64,000 nt of DNA, taken from NCBI GenBank assembly GCA_965285935.1, contig OZ260664.1, forward strand, positions 56,978,001 to 57,042,000, written 5' to 3'. Shown here piece by piece: positions 43,701 through 58,700 of this stretch (position 1 is its first letter; each line of letters starts with the position of its first letter). Origin of the DNA: Ophelia neglecta (Eukaryota). The notes below the pieces were generated by a model. The model worked only from the letters and a program-made list of their open reading frames with translations, was not told the origin of the DNA and ran no database searches. Both the position numbers and the translations under genes were made by a program.

Positions 43701-46700
43701 GATCTAGTTCTCCTGCTATTTTCTACAAGAATGCAGCTACAAATTAAAGAACATAAATACAAAATAGAGGTCATTCATACAGGTGGCTATCAATCTTGAC
43801 ATACCAAGTTTCAAGTATTTCATTCAAAGTCAAGGTCACTTTTCAAATCACTTTTGAAATTCTGCTAGCATATTTTGACATATGTATTTTGTGGAAAACC
43901 CAAACCTTTTATCTAAATAACATATATATAGACTTACAAATTAGCACCAAATGGTGAGTCTGAGAATGTGAAGGTGCAAAGGGGTATTTATGCTTCGAAT
44001 TAATGAAGATTTACATTTGTTGTGCCATCTTGCACCTCAGGTTTGAAGTTACTTATATGACAAACATATAGTCATATCAGCCATGGCAAACGATGTCAAA
44101 CTATGTTCTATCAATATAGCGTTTGCTGCTTTCACGTAGTTCTAGAGTAATCAACCACTTCCCGGTTCATGGCTACTTACAACGAAATTTAATCAAACAT
44201 TGTCAGTACATGCTTAGTTTGAAATTCTTGCTGGTGCCTCATGCTCTGCGTACAGAATCAGTACCACACCTGTAGCTTTACTGTGGCAGAGACTGGGTAG
44301 TTAGCCACTGATCAGCTGACAAACAGGTTGTTGCTTAATGTTTTATTTGTCATTGTGGAACATCACAAAACATTAAATGTCCTTTTTACACAAAACCAAT
44401 TATTTATATATAACCAATTACAACTGAGGACAGTCTAACCTGACATTTTGTCAATTTTTATTCATTTAAGTCTATTATAATGATTTAATAGAACATTTCA
44501 TTAGCTTATTGGATAATTCTTATTTGTTAATGGTCTTTGTTTTTGCATTAATGGCAAACAATTTTACTTTTCCTATCAAATAATGTACCTGTGAACAGAA
44601 GGAAGCTTGTTGATGAATCACAAAGCCAACAGGCCCCTCACTAAAGACCCACTTCTTTATGGCTCTTTTCCTTTGATTTTTGATGTTCTGTGTGTGTAGG
44701 GGTGAGGGGGGGGGGGGGTGAGGGGAGGTAACATTGTTCTCCCATTTGCATACTTTAATGTATCTCCCTCTATTAATTTACAAAACAGGTACCTTAACCT
44801 GCATAGATAGCTATCCATACTGGTTAATATTTGCTCAATTAAGAGAGCGGACAACACAATTTTTGTCAATGATTGGCAAATAAAGGGCAAATATTCTGGT
44901 GTAACTGGGGCAATTGGGTAAGTAAATCGCACTTAGCCAAACAAAGGATAAACAAGTTTCATAAAGATTAGATAACAGTTACTCTACTGTGAAGCATACT
45001 TACGCATACTTACTTGTATGGAACATATAGCTATAGCTAGTATTTATCACAAATTTCAGCATTTAAGGTTTAATCAAGATGGTACATAAAATCAACAACT
45101 GATGGTAAAAATTTGTCAAAAACTAAATTTACCATGAGTGATACTTTAAGGAACAAGCAAAATTCCCCAAACCACAAGGACGAGTGTCATAACATACATG
45201 TACAGTGATAAGTATGGTGATAGGAGAGTAATTTGCAGTGCATGTACCAGTATATATTGACAGCATCATGAGCACAGAACCACAATGCAACTGGGATGCT
45301 TTCAAGGAAGTTCATGCTCAATGTGGTTGGAAAGGTCTGAATGCATGCTGTGTATTTGAGCAAACGGCTGACAGAGTGTGGAGAATTAAGTGTGCTGAGC
45401 AAATGCCAGTCAAGCCGTTAATTCACAGGTACTGTCCAGTGTATGGCAGTGATTTAGTAGAAATATGACACTATGACATATAAAATGACATATAAATGCA
45501 TGTGGATTCACAGAAGAACTACCAGTCTACCACTGAATCTTGTGGCAAGTTGTAGCTTTTTGATATTCCGATCTGAACCAATAAGCTTGTTGAGATTATT
45601 TAAGTACAGAACACATCCTGTGATTTTGATTAGACTCACTGTACCACTCCATCCATGGACATTCCCCGTACAGCAAATATCAAAGGAAACAAAATTTAAT
45701 AATGGTTATATTTGTTGGTACGGATGTGGCAAATAGCATTGGCTTCTAATGTTCCTCTAAAAAAACACCCAGCTATCTGGCATGAAATGAACAGAATAAC
45801 ATTTTGGCCTTTCATATAGGTTAAATGCATTGACCATAACCTATCAATCAGATGTGGCTGACAATATTGTACCAGTTATATTAATCGTAAATTTGGCAGA
45901 AAAGCAATAAAATACAGCCATGTATATTCATCAAGAGAATGGGTTTCCTGAAACATTTTTTACAAAACACCTGAGCTTGCCACCAGAATATTAAGGAGGT
46001 ATCAAAGTAACAAAACTAAAAGAGAGATGTTGTTTACAGATTGTATTCGTAAATTGCTTATTTCTTTCATAAACACAACAAGGCTTTCCTTGCATATTGT
46101 TTTGAGATTCTTCTTAGAGGTCTTTTCGAGGGTCAAGGAACTCATAATTACAGGTTTTTGCCTTATTTTTTCATAAAATATAATCTTAAATTATAGCAAA
46201 AGCAAGACAAATATTCTAAACTTTTGCACAAATATGCAACAAAATAAAAGAAAAAGAGAGGTTTGCTACTTCAAAGAGCTTGTAATATCTTTTTATTTAT
46301 TGCTTGAAGTATACATATTCAGTACAGTTTAGTGTGTTTACTTCAATGTGACCCCTAAACATGAACTACAAATTTCAAACATTTCTGCAGGTAAACCTTG
46401 TAATGCATATATTCTATAATAAGAATAAAACAAACAAAATAAATACACTTTTTACCCATTTTTATCTTTAAATACTTTGGTACTCACTTTATTTCAAATT
46501 TATTTTACCTATAAATTATTGTTTTCTTGCTTGTATTATTACACTGTGAAAGCCACACCAAGTTCACTGTTCCTACTACACTGTGCTAGCAAATTAGTGA
46601 AAGTTAAACCTTTAACCAAAAATTACTGATCCTCCTATTATTTTAGGGGTAGGAAAGTGTAAAGAGAAAAAGAGGCATGTCATTGTCAAATTTTGTCTAA

Positions 46701-49700
46701 TACTGATTAGCCCTGATTGTTTGACTTCCTTGAAGAAATTTAACAAGGCTGCAGTATTTTTTAAGCGGTATAACAAGGGATTTTAGTAAATGCTAATATA
46801 AACAAGTTCTTTGCATTTTCTCTTTAAATTTTTAAAACATGAAGAAAATGCCATATAAATAGAGGTAAATGGAGCAGAATTTAACTTTTCAAAGCAGTAG
46901 TAAACAAAAGATCAAAAATGGCTTTGATAATGACAATCCTAGAAACATCACTGAACTATATACAATGGTAAGCAATTCTATTGGTTCCCTTTTTTGTGTG
47001 ATTAGTGGCTAAAGCTTGATCTTGGCAAACAATTAGGTCAGGCACAATTAAAATAGCCTTTATTAGTAGGCACCATAGATGAGGTGTCAAACCACTCGCT
47101 CAGTGGTTGGATAGTTTCTTTTAACTAAATGATGAAAAATGGGCAAAGGGAAGAAATGCTAGCTCATTAGAAGTCTGCTCGGACCCTCCCAGCTGTTTAC
47201 TTTGAGTGCATTACCATATTCTTTTGCTTGACAAAAGCTGTGTGAAAATCAGGCCGGGATCAACCTCGGCTTTTGTTGAGAAAATGGACTTAAAAGCCTG
47301 CATCCTTGAAAGGTATACCTATGACAGCTGTAGGTGGATCTTTTTGTTCACACCATTATGGTCTGAATAAACCTCCTCTAGGAAACCTATTTTTTGAAAA
47401 TAACAAACATCCATCTTTGTAAAATATAAATGAACAAATGACATCAACAGACATTATATTGAAATAGATTAAGTCCCTGTGTTGCTACAGTATTATTTGT
47501 TGTTGTAAGCAATGGCACATGACATATTACATGAGAGAGGGCAGTATACACATAAGAGCACCAGGCCAACAGTGGTCTTCCAGCATGTTTAACTTGTTTG
47601 GTTGGGGATTTTTCATTGACAGGTCACAATTGATTATGACTGCAAGAGCAGCATATCAGAGCAGGCAAGCTGTATTAGGTCACATGAGGTCTTCGTGGTA
47701 AACATGGTCACACTGTGGTTTGCGCGGCAGACTGATTGCAGACATCATGCAATGCCCGCTAACAAGCCAACAAATTATGCCATGGTTATTCTGGGGCAAC
47801 ATTTCTTGCAGTTAGAAGGACAAGAGAAATGCCCAGGGGTTTATTCGTATAAGCCATTGTTCACTTAGACAGTCTCTAAATAAACTCACTAAGTCCAGTA
47901 ATCACATCTAGATGCCACATGCAGAAGGCATCAATTGCCCTAAAATCTTGGCACTTTTTGGCTGGCGATCTTTTTTCCAGTACTAACACCAGCAGTAGAA
48001 ACTGATCCATCAGAAGAAGCTATTAAATGGTGGATAAAGCCAACTTTAACCCCAGATAGGTGCCACCTGTCTGAGAGCAACAATCTAATAAGTTCAACCT
48101 TGATGGTTGTACACATCTCACTCCAGGCTTTGCTGGTTCTCATTTCACATTAGCCCAAGGCATGGACAGCCATCAAAGCTTTGTTGAAGAAGCAGAGATG
48201 TCATTCTACTTAATAAAATACACAGTAACAAGATGAAAAAGGTTTTTGTTTATCAAATAAATCCAAGTTCAATACTGTTAAATCAATTCTTTACTTTTCT
48301 TTTCTCCTGCATCAGGGATGTGATGGGATGCATTATTTAACATCCTTCTAGGCATTTTTCAGGAGATCTGCTGGCTACATGACATGAAAAATGAGACATG
48401 AAAAGTCCACTCTAGCTGGGTGTTCTTTACTGTGTCTGCTTACATGCCAAAATACTGTTAAATTTCATGTAAAGAGCACTGTATTGAAAATCCACTGTGG
48501 GCAGGGAAGGTGTTCATCATTCACATCTATCAGCTTTGCCTTGGGAACAAAGACATGTTTATTTCCTTAAAGCACCTTTATCCAATTCCCATTATACCAA
48601 GCTCAGATTGAGGAGGTTAATGAGCCCTAGCAGGCTGTCTAGGAATATATTTAGCAAACTATAATTAAATGGCTGTGCAAGCAAACAGTCAAGAACTGAG
48701 ATTTACACATTGAAAGAAATGAACACTCTGGTATGTAATCAGATATGACACATATCATGAAAATTACAACCTAATTGAATGTTTCAAAGTTCAATAAGAT
48801 TCATAAATTTGTACATCTCTTTACTTTCCTCAATTATTTTCACAACAAGCTTGATAGCAGCAATATATTGTTAACAAAAGAACGAAAAAAATGTACATTT
48901 ATAGGATGATGATAAGTCATAAAAATGTCATAGCCATAAATATATTTTGTAAAAAAAAGAGTTGACTGACTTCTTGTTTAAAAAACCATATGAGACCTAT
49001 TGATCATCGCCTTAGTACTATGTATGGCAAAGTCATGAAAGCCTAAAGGGCAGGGGAGCAGCTGTATTCCCATACAGGTTTTCAGATAACTTACGAGCTG
49101 ATCAGATTAAACCAGATACAGCAGAAGTCCCTCAAACTCAGTTCTGCCATGTTTGAGTAGAGAGCAGTCTGCAGTCTTCTCTCATAAAGATTAAACTTAC
49201 TACCACTTGTCATTAGTTACATTAAGCTGCTTCCTTGTTTAAGAAAACTAAAATAAAACACCTGGCAGGATTGTTCAGTATTGTAAAATGTGGCAATGTC
49301 CTTCGGAGCCATTAGACATGCTTCTCTATGTGTAAAACACGTAACAAAAATCAGTTTTCTTAAGTCAACTTTGTCAAATAGGTCAATTTCCAGGCCACCA
49401 GTAGATTCATTACATTTCAGTGTTTTTTGATAGTTAATACACTTGACCTTTGAGGGGGTGCATCTCCAATAGAAATCGCCAGTATGCGAATGATGGACAG
49501 AGCAAGCAACGAGTGAATACAGACCACTGATAGGTGTCATCTTCAAGCTTTTAACAGCAAGTTGAGCAAAATAAAGAGTTGCACTTATTTGTTGTAAAAA
49601 TTAAGAATAGAACATGCCTGAGTCACCATGGTCTTGGGGTCATCATTTGGTTTGTTTTCTTTCAGAAGTGTCATTTAATGTAGCAAAATGACAGGTCAAT

Positions 49701-52700
49701 TTCAAGTAAAATATCTATGTCTTGCTAGGTGTGACATTATATTACCAACCTGGCAAATAACAATTGGCCCACACTCAACAAGCCTTGGTTCAGAAATTAA
49801 AAGCTAGGTAAACATAACAACAATATAGTGGAGCCAATGGTCATGAAAAATGTCTGTCTCATGAGAAGTATGCTATATTAAGATGTACTGGTAACTCTGT
49901 GACACTACCTTGTTATATATCAGATTCTCAAAATCATGTCAAAATTGCTCATACAGGCCTGGTCTATTGGGAAAAAAAGTGATAGATCAAATATTTACAT
50001 TCTACATTATAGTGACTCATAGTGAATATGGTATCAGAGCACTAATGTTAAAGGCTATTACAAAGGGGAGTGGATACCTGGGTAACAAAGAAAATCAGTA
50101 ATCACAAATGGTCCATTATATTGGTCAGATATGATCAGAGATTGTCTGCTGCAGGCCCATCAACTTCAAAAAGAATATGAGACTATTCTCATTGAAGAGG
50201 ACATATCCTGTAATCTACCTGCTGTATTTTTAGGAACTTGAACTCTAATGGTAAACTTACATATAAACATTAATTTTACATACATTATTAAGGAAAGGGA
50301 TTTTTTTGAGTAATTTTGATATTATTCACTTGAGAGTTATACCTTCTGATGTAAGAATGTTCCTTGAGACGATGAGTATGCCAAGCTTCATTTAATTTTT
50401 CATCCAATTCCACACACTCTAGGGAACAATATTATCAAATCACGTCTATCCCAATTCCTATTTGCATAATTTCCCAATTAGATAATCCTTCATTGCATAA
50501 TTTCCAATTCATGATCAAGGCATGAAGCATATAAATATCTGGGAAGGTCTCAGCAATGCATTCCTATTGTGACAACATGGCATTCACAGACAGGGCTTGG
50601 AAATTCCCCCAGTTAGGCACTGAGTGATTGGAAAATAATGACAAATGATGAAACAGATCTTTTTGAATGGAAAACACAATATCTGGTTCTACTTCCATCT
50701 CAGTATGCCTTAATGGTTTGCTTGTATTTTTTTTTTGCAAGACTAACGGCATGCCATTTAGTGACTATTCAATTCAAGAATGCACACACCTACAAATTTG
50801 TAAAACTTTCAGACAAACAAGGCTGCAGGAAGGCATTTTTGGCACACAAAAATTGGAATCATAAAGAGCAAAACTATGCTCCACAAAGAAACAAGAAATG
50901 ATGTGCTGAGCAGATCAATATCTTGATTTCCTTTTAAGATGAGACAGTACATGTTTCACAGCGATGGTAGGCATCAAAGCAAATCATTGACTTGGGAGGC
51001 CACAAGGGAGCTGAGCTGGGTCATAGGGAGGGCCTTTTCAAAGCCATTTTGTACATAGAGCCTGGGGAAACTATACATGCTGTGTCCCCATCATTACCTC
51101 GTGTTCACCTGCTTCCTGCCTGCCAAGTTTGGAGCCTGGGCACACCTACTCAATGTCATCTATGTCTAGGCCTATAATTTTAGTACTTATTCACTGTTTA
51201 ATATTATGAACAGCACCAGTAGTTAGTTAGAGGGATGCATATTTGTTGAAACTGTAGAAGACAACTGTTAGCTTCACTTAACAACTTATTCAAAAAGGTA
51301 GGCCAGGGCCAAAGCTACTCTACAGTTTATACCTGGATCACCTCCACTATAAACCCTGAATGGTGACTACTGATGTGGACTCTGGCTATGTGTTTTGTGG
51401 GTTTATTGTTTAAAAAAAAACTAAAAATGTATGGATTTACATTCTTGTGAGTTGTGACAGCCCCTGCCTGAATTGCATCAGGGAGGTAGCCATCATATGG
51501 TCACCAGGGAGTTGAATCCATAGGGAATAATTCTGTGGAAAAAAATGAAGCAGTCCAATCCAGAGCAAAACAGCAATTTATATGTTTGGCTAGACTTGGG
51601 AAATAGGAACTTTTTGGGAACTTCCTAAACGATATTATTGAATTACAGCCGAACTCTTTGTGCATTGTTAAGTAAGTGTTTACAGTTAAATCTATCATAT
51701 GAACATAGTTATGCCAAATTCAAATTTCAGAATATATTAAAACTTAGAAGGCATTCTATCTTTCACAAGCTATTTACTGACATGGACATCAACCTCTCAT
51801 TCAGCCAGTTTGGTCTCCTAGATTTACACCGGACTTCACATTAAGGCCAAATCAGATTGCATTTCATACAGCACATAAATGGAAAAAGATTTACAACTCA
51901 ATGCTAACCCACATCACCAAAAGAGAGGAAATCTTTGTTGCATGCCATGAATTTCTGTGGTATGGCCAGAGAAGCTCATTCATCTGCTATCTGTGGACAG
52001 CCTGTCAGCCTTGAGCCACTGAATGGAGCCTCACTACATCTCAAGAGGTTGGGACTAGGCCATGTCTCAGCCAAGAAACACATAGAACTGGCAGAGATCT
52101 ATCTCAGCCACTGGATTTTAGAGGACTCCTTTTTGCAGCTGGCAATTTTGAATGGCTTCTTGGATTACAGAAAACAAGTCCATGTATTGATCATGTTCAA
52201 AACTGTCCATGCAGAAAATAACTATACAGCATGTGTCATATTGGAGTTTACATGATAAATAGTATTGTAGCAACATAAAAAGCCTGGTTCTACAGCAACT
52301 TCACCATGCTATATCCGACATTAAACTACAATATTAGGGATGTATTGGAAAAACAGCCTATAGTCTTATACCCACTTAGTCAATGTTTACAGGTTTAGGT
52401 TTAAGCATATTAAAGGATGCTAAGGTGTCTCAATGCTTTTCTTAATGCAAAGCATAAGTTTAGGGTTTTAGGAAGGGCTTTTGATAAAGGCACAGAAATC
52501 AAATGAAAGATTTTTTACACCTGTTCTATGAATGCTGGATCGCTGAAGCTTTTAAGCAAATAAGGTAATCTTCATATGTATTGGCAATAAAGCTGGGGCT
52601 ATACTTCCAATATTGCATTGTGGAAAACAGGCATGCAGGAGATTGCTCCATTACATGAGAGCGGTGGGACTCATTGTCACACTCAGCAGGGCCTACTTCC

Positions 52701-55700
52701 TCATCTGCCCAAGAATGAAATTGTCTCGCTTCTGATATATCCCACCATCCTACCAGACTGAGCACCAACATAAACACTTTTATATGGTGAACATTCAATT
52801 TTGTGTCTGCCCTGCAGGGCTCCAGATGCCAGATGAGCTTGATGTTGCTTCTAACACCTGCACACATCACAAATTGGTGAACTGCTTTTATACCAGCTCT
52901 ATAGTGGTGCAAGGATTTGAAATTTGAAACAAATTATCTACTTCAGGCAAATGTCTGAAACTCAATCTATCCATAAAGCATAAACAAGCATTTAGTCCGT
53001 TATCAAATTTGATCCCTTATGACCAATTATGCATTTTGACAGTCCTTTTAAAGATTCCATTCATTATAACATGGTCCCCAGGTTTATCATGTCTGTTCCT
53101 TATTTGCTTGCAGATCAGTCTAACTAGCTTGTCCAGTGATATCCGATAAGGACCTGCTTTGTGTATGATCCACAGAGGTGTCTGATAGAGGCCGATAACA
53201 GTGATCCTATCAAGAATATCAGGATAACAATCTGTATACAAAATATTACTTAAAGCCAGAGCCAGAGATGTAGTTTTGAAGATACATTACTCTTAGCCAT
53301 TCATCCCCCTGCTCCAAATCTCTTGCTCCAAGGTAATTCCAACTGACTGCAGGCCTACCCAGTCATATATGAGGGTCAAAGGCTCTGGTATTAGCAGTAA
53401 ACTCAGCAGAGACTACTGAAACCAGCCAATTGGCATCACAATGATGCAGACTGCTATTGCTGGAGGGGCTTTTATAAATTGGCAACACTATTACCACATC
53501 CCATGCTCATTTACCAGAGCAGAACATAGACTATGCCCGACAAGGCTTCATAGTAAAGAAGATATCACGATTAGAAGGGATTAAGTTAATGTAGAAGAAT
53601 AGTAATTCACCTAGCATCCAGGACAGCAAGAGGGAAAGTAGCTTCTAGCTAACAAGCAGCAAAGAATGTTACTGTCTGCTATAACACATACAAATTATTT
53701 TTATGGGTGCGCGCGCACAAATCATAATGATGTATTCTGCCCCACCATGAAGAAGCTTAAGCCTATCATAGAGACTAAAAATCCTGTCCAGTGATCAATT
53801 ACTCATGCGTGGTCGCAATGGGAGAAAGTTATAGGTCAAATCTAGAAAAATATGATGAGAACACCAGCAAATATAACAAAAATAAACCTCTGTTTACAAC
53901 AGAAATTCATCATTTAAACTATTTCAAATAAGGAAAAGATTTAGGCAGCAAAATTTGGTAAATAAAAATGCTTGTGACGTCATACAATCCCTAGTGTTGA
54001 TGTTAAAATGCAAACTATACGATTACTCTGCATGACTGGATTGTTCACATTCTTTCTTCTTTATAACTTGAAAAGTAGGCAAAGAATAGGTGCAGACATA
54101 AAGAAATCTCCTTGCTACTAAACTCAAATTTTTCAAACTTGATACTTGAAATTTGATATTCAATATCAAAATTTGCATACTTAATACTCAAAGTTTCATC
54201 CCCTAAACTTGAATATTTAATTCGATACTTGAGACTGGATGTAACTCAGTAACACTCATAAACAATGTCACCATGTTTAATTACGGCTGCATGATTACTA
54301 CTCACAAAATGGTCTGAACAAGCCTAAAATCAGCATACAGAGGTCCCTGTGACGTAGGGCCCCTCCAAATCAAAATTTAAGGCATAATGTTACCACATTG
54401 ATGTCCTTTTCCATGTCTACGTTATGCTTACACCCCAAACATAAATGTTACATTTGTTTTTGATACAAGCTATGATGAAAAATTCAACTGTGGGAGTGGG
54501 GGGAGAATAATGGAATATTTTGATTGGCGACTAATAATCATATTCACTTTGTGGTTTCACAAAAATCACCTATAAATGCAAACTTGAGAACACTTCTGGT
54601 CAATTTGTTGTTATCTGTGGTGTTTAAACACTGGAAACAGAGCCTATCATGCCTATGGATTAACTGTTGTAATGATTGGGCTAGCCTGGTACAAAAAAGA
54701 ATTTGAGGTTTGGAAAAAGTATGGAATTCAGGAATCCGGTCAAGGATAATTTTTGAAATTTCGGGAGATGAGGTCTAGAAAAAATAAGGGGGCAGGACGG
54801 GGGACAACTATTTCAGAACTTGGTTGGAAGGGGAGTCAAGTTATCAGAATTTTGATGGAGGGGGCAGGGAAAGACAATTCCCCACCCCACCAATTGATAA
54901 ATGGATTAGCCCTAAGTCAATTTTGAGCTAGGTAAATGCCTGGAAGCCTACCTAGAAACATTTGCCTGCACACAATCACAGTACTCAACATTCATACTGC
55001 CTTAGTCTATTGCTCATGAGAGAGCCTTGGCTAATGTGGTCAGGTGAAACTTCTGTCCCACAAGCACTACCTCCTTAAGCTGCCTTAAAATGCATACAAA
55101 AATGTCATCATTCTTACTCCTAAGACTTGACGATTAGCAATTATTCACACTTGTATCCCGAGAGAAGCTAAGATTATGGCTAGCTCGGTGAACTAATTGA
55201 CTGTGGGTCCAGCGATGAGCCCCCACATAGCCGTTTCCATCATTGTTTAATGATGAGCAGGTTGTGATTTACCATCCCCAGGCTGCTCTAAATGTAACAT
55301 GCTCTTCCCTCTCATTGCTTCTACCATGTACAGTACAATAGACAGCAAGTCCCAGGGGCCTCATGTTCTTCATTATCTGATTACTTACAAACCTGACCCG
55401 CGTCTAAAATCAAGTTAAAGAATGGCCTAATTAAAGGGCACATGTATGGTAAGTTAGTAATCACTTCAATAGAAATAAGGCTACCAGCTTTAAAATAATG
55501 GTCTGCTGAACTAGAACATAATATATGACATTTTCTACTGCTAGGGCTGAAAATAAGTTAACATGTTGAACAAGAAATTTCATCTTCTTCAATTACTTTT
55601 TCCCCGGTTTTGAGACTTGTAATAACAGCTAGGATATTTAGCTGTCACATGTAATGTTTTTTTGTGATAATAGAGACATCAAAACAGAGCAAGTGTTTAC

Positions 55701-58700
55701 TTATTTCTTGTAGAATATAATCTATACTACTCAATCAAATAGAAACTTCCAAACATCAAATGACAAGCAATAAACTAAGAGTGGCACAGAAGAGTCCAAC
55801 AAATTGGCACAATCAGACCTTATTTTAAGCAGTCAATATATCAAATAAATAGATTGCAGACCCTCGAGTTGCCAAAATTTGTTCAATCAGCTGCTACATT
55901 CTTAACAAGAAGGGTCCAAAATTCTGCCTGGACATCTTTGAATACTAACCAGAGGGACAGAAAAAACAGATATTATTGGCTGATCACCAACCCAAGTCTA
56001 AATATTATAACAATTTATCCAACACTGCGGGGAGAATATAAAATCAAGCAAGACACAGACACAAAACTAGGATCTGGTTGATTTTAGAGACAAGGCCTAT
56101 ACAGATTGTAAAGATGATAGACTTCAATAACAAGACAATGAATAAAAAGACAATAAACAGGAAATATGACTTTTGTATCCAAGCTACATGATGTGACTTG
56201 CTACAATTTTTTATTAGAATCTGTTAAATACTATCCTGAAATATTCACAACAGTGAAATATTCACAATGCATACTAATCAGCATTGACAAATTTCTATTT
56301 GAGGAAGGTTGATTGTACATAAGAAGATTTATTAAGTAAATATAGGCTTCTATGTGGGAAATGCCCAATAACACTACCCTCTAGTAAAATTAAGTGCAAA
56401 GCAAGTTCCCACTAAAATTCCAAATATGACAGCTCTACAAACTCCCATGTTCCTTGACACTTCTCCCATTCTTCAGGCATTTATTGTGACTTGGAGCGGT
56501 AATGCAAATGTCAATACATAGAATTTGTGGGTCCAGGCAGTCTGCCGGCATTGATTGTAGCCTTATATGTGCTACCATTCAACAACTGTGGAGGAACCAT
56601 CCAGTACATGTCATGTACAAGTATCACAACGCTGGTACCGTGGTCTAACCCAGGCCTCATGAGGTCAACAATGACAAATTGTGTGTGCAAAGTATGTATA
56701 TTCATGAAGATGAAGCACCATATTCATGAGAGGCACACCACTAACTGATTCAGATGAAAGAAGCACTGCACGAGGCCAACTTTGATGAATATGGCACCTA
56801 TGGTGATACAATGACTAGGCATGTATAAAAAAGTGAATATTAATTGCAAACTGAGGCATGTAGCTCAGACCTTTTATCAAATACATCACTTATTGCCATC
56901 TTCACTATCAATGCATGAAATCTCCTTTCCAGTCTAGCTTTCTCCTATTTGATTTATGAGAACAAGTTGTGTGTCACGGAAAATGGAAGGAAGTTACGTT
57001 TTGAGGCTCCAAGGTGATCATGGTACTATATCAAGGTCCAATATATGTGCACATATCTAGTACACTTTGTAAAAAAATAACACTGTGCCACATTATTATA
57101 CAGGGCACAAAATAAGGTCGGTCCTAAGCCTACAGCAAACTTTATTACAAAATGATATAGGGAAAGGAACTTAATTGGTAATGAAACTTTCACGCAGGAG
57201 CCGAATAAGTAACCTAGGGCTATTCAGCCTAGATATCTGAAATTCTTTTAAACTATATCATCTTACTTCCATTGCTGCATCCTTCAGCCCCATGGATATC
57301 ATTTTTGCAATTTTCAATGCATGCATGAGCCGATTATATGTGTGCAAAGGTACGGACGATAGCTGTCGTTGGAACACACACGTTCTGGTCTGCAGACGAT
57401 TTCCACTAAACAGGTCATAGATGGAAATATCCCCTTCCCCTTGTTAGAAGTGAATGACAGTGATTTTGTTAGATTTTCCCTCTCACAGGATGGCAAAACT
57501 ATTCAAGTCACACACCACTGATCATCCATGAAATGTCCATGAACACACTATCTAATCATACTAATAAGAACCAAATTTGATTGCTTGGGTTGGCCTTACG
57601 TCAATCACATCATGAGGGCATAATCCGACCCAGTCATTGGCTTAAGCAACACACTATCCCTTATACGGTATCTAAGCCATCCAAATTGAGAGGTTTTTTA
57701 TAAAATGGGAGATGGCAAACAATATCATATTCAATAAATCAAATTCATAGAAAAGGACAGACGGTCTAAATTTTAAAGCCAGATCCGTAACAGAGACTTT
57801 CTGGAGCTCTGTTGTTGATGACATCATAGCATTGTGCACTGGCTAGCATTGCTATGTCATCATCCTCGATTTTCATTTACTGATAATGACTCCTCTGTGC
57901 TGTAATTTTATCTCCTGTATAAGAAACTTCTAATCCTTTCTTACCTTATTCACAAGGGGGTGATAAAAAGTGTTTTATATAACCATCAACCACCCCTTAA
58001 ATGGCCTTGTAACAATTTGTGACATCATGGTTTTTGATGACATCACAATCTAGCCACTGCAAGTATTTAGGGGGAGATCTAAAGGGAAGGTGGGGAATCC
58101 AACAATGTCCTTTACCCTGTTGTGTTCTGCCCCTGGGTGTTTAAAACAATGACATTGTGTAGCCTAGCTTCCCTAAGAATAAGCCATCCTGTTTTTGAAT
58201 GTAAGGAAAAAAGGAAATCCAATTTGAAGAGGCACACTGAGCTGCTCTAAGGGAGCTTCTTGCCTTACCTCTCTGGCAGTAGGGACCCCCAACTTTCTTA
58301 ATAAATGAATACGTTTGTGAGCTTGGACTCATTTTTCCTAGATGGACCTTCAAAAGTTCAAAGAGTTCAGTCTACATCCCAAAGAGCTTTAGAACAGACA
58401 CTGACAAGGTACAATTTATTAAAGCTAATAAACTATCAATAAACATGATAACATGATTTAACAACCATGATAACATGACTTACATATAAAGCAATACCAA
58501 AATCAATTCTTTCTTAATGATAGCTCTACTTAATATAAGAAGGATTACCTTGGTGGGACCCCCTTGACTTCAAACTCCAAGAACTTGATTTTTACTCTTT
58601 CATTGTCTTTAGCGATGAATTTGAAGATGCAGCGTAGATTATTCCCATACTTAGCAGGATAGTTAGGAGTGTGTATAGTACCATTTTTCTCTGCCCCATC

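Noticed and set aside
52526-52912. 128-aa minus-strand ORF
   Set aside because: It has no recognisable domain and no convincing splice sites in phase with the CUB exons. The length is compatible with chance.
56540-56750. Faint resemblance to the C-terminus of a Tc1 transposase
   Set aside because: Only scattered residues match, with no catalytic motif or TIR. It cannot be supported without a search.
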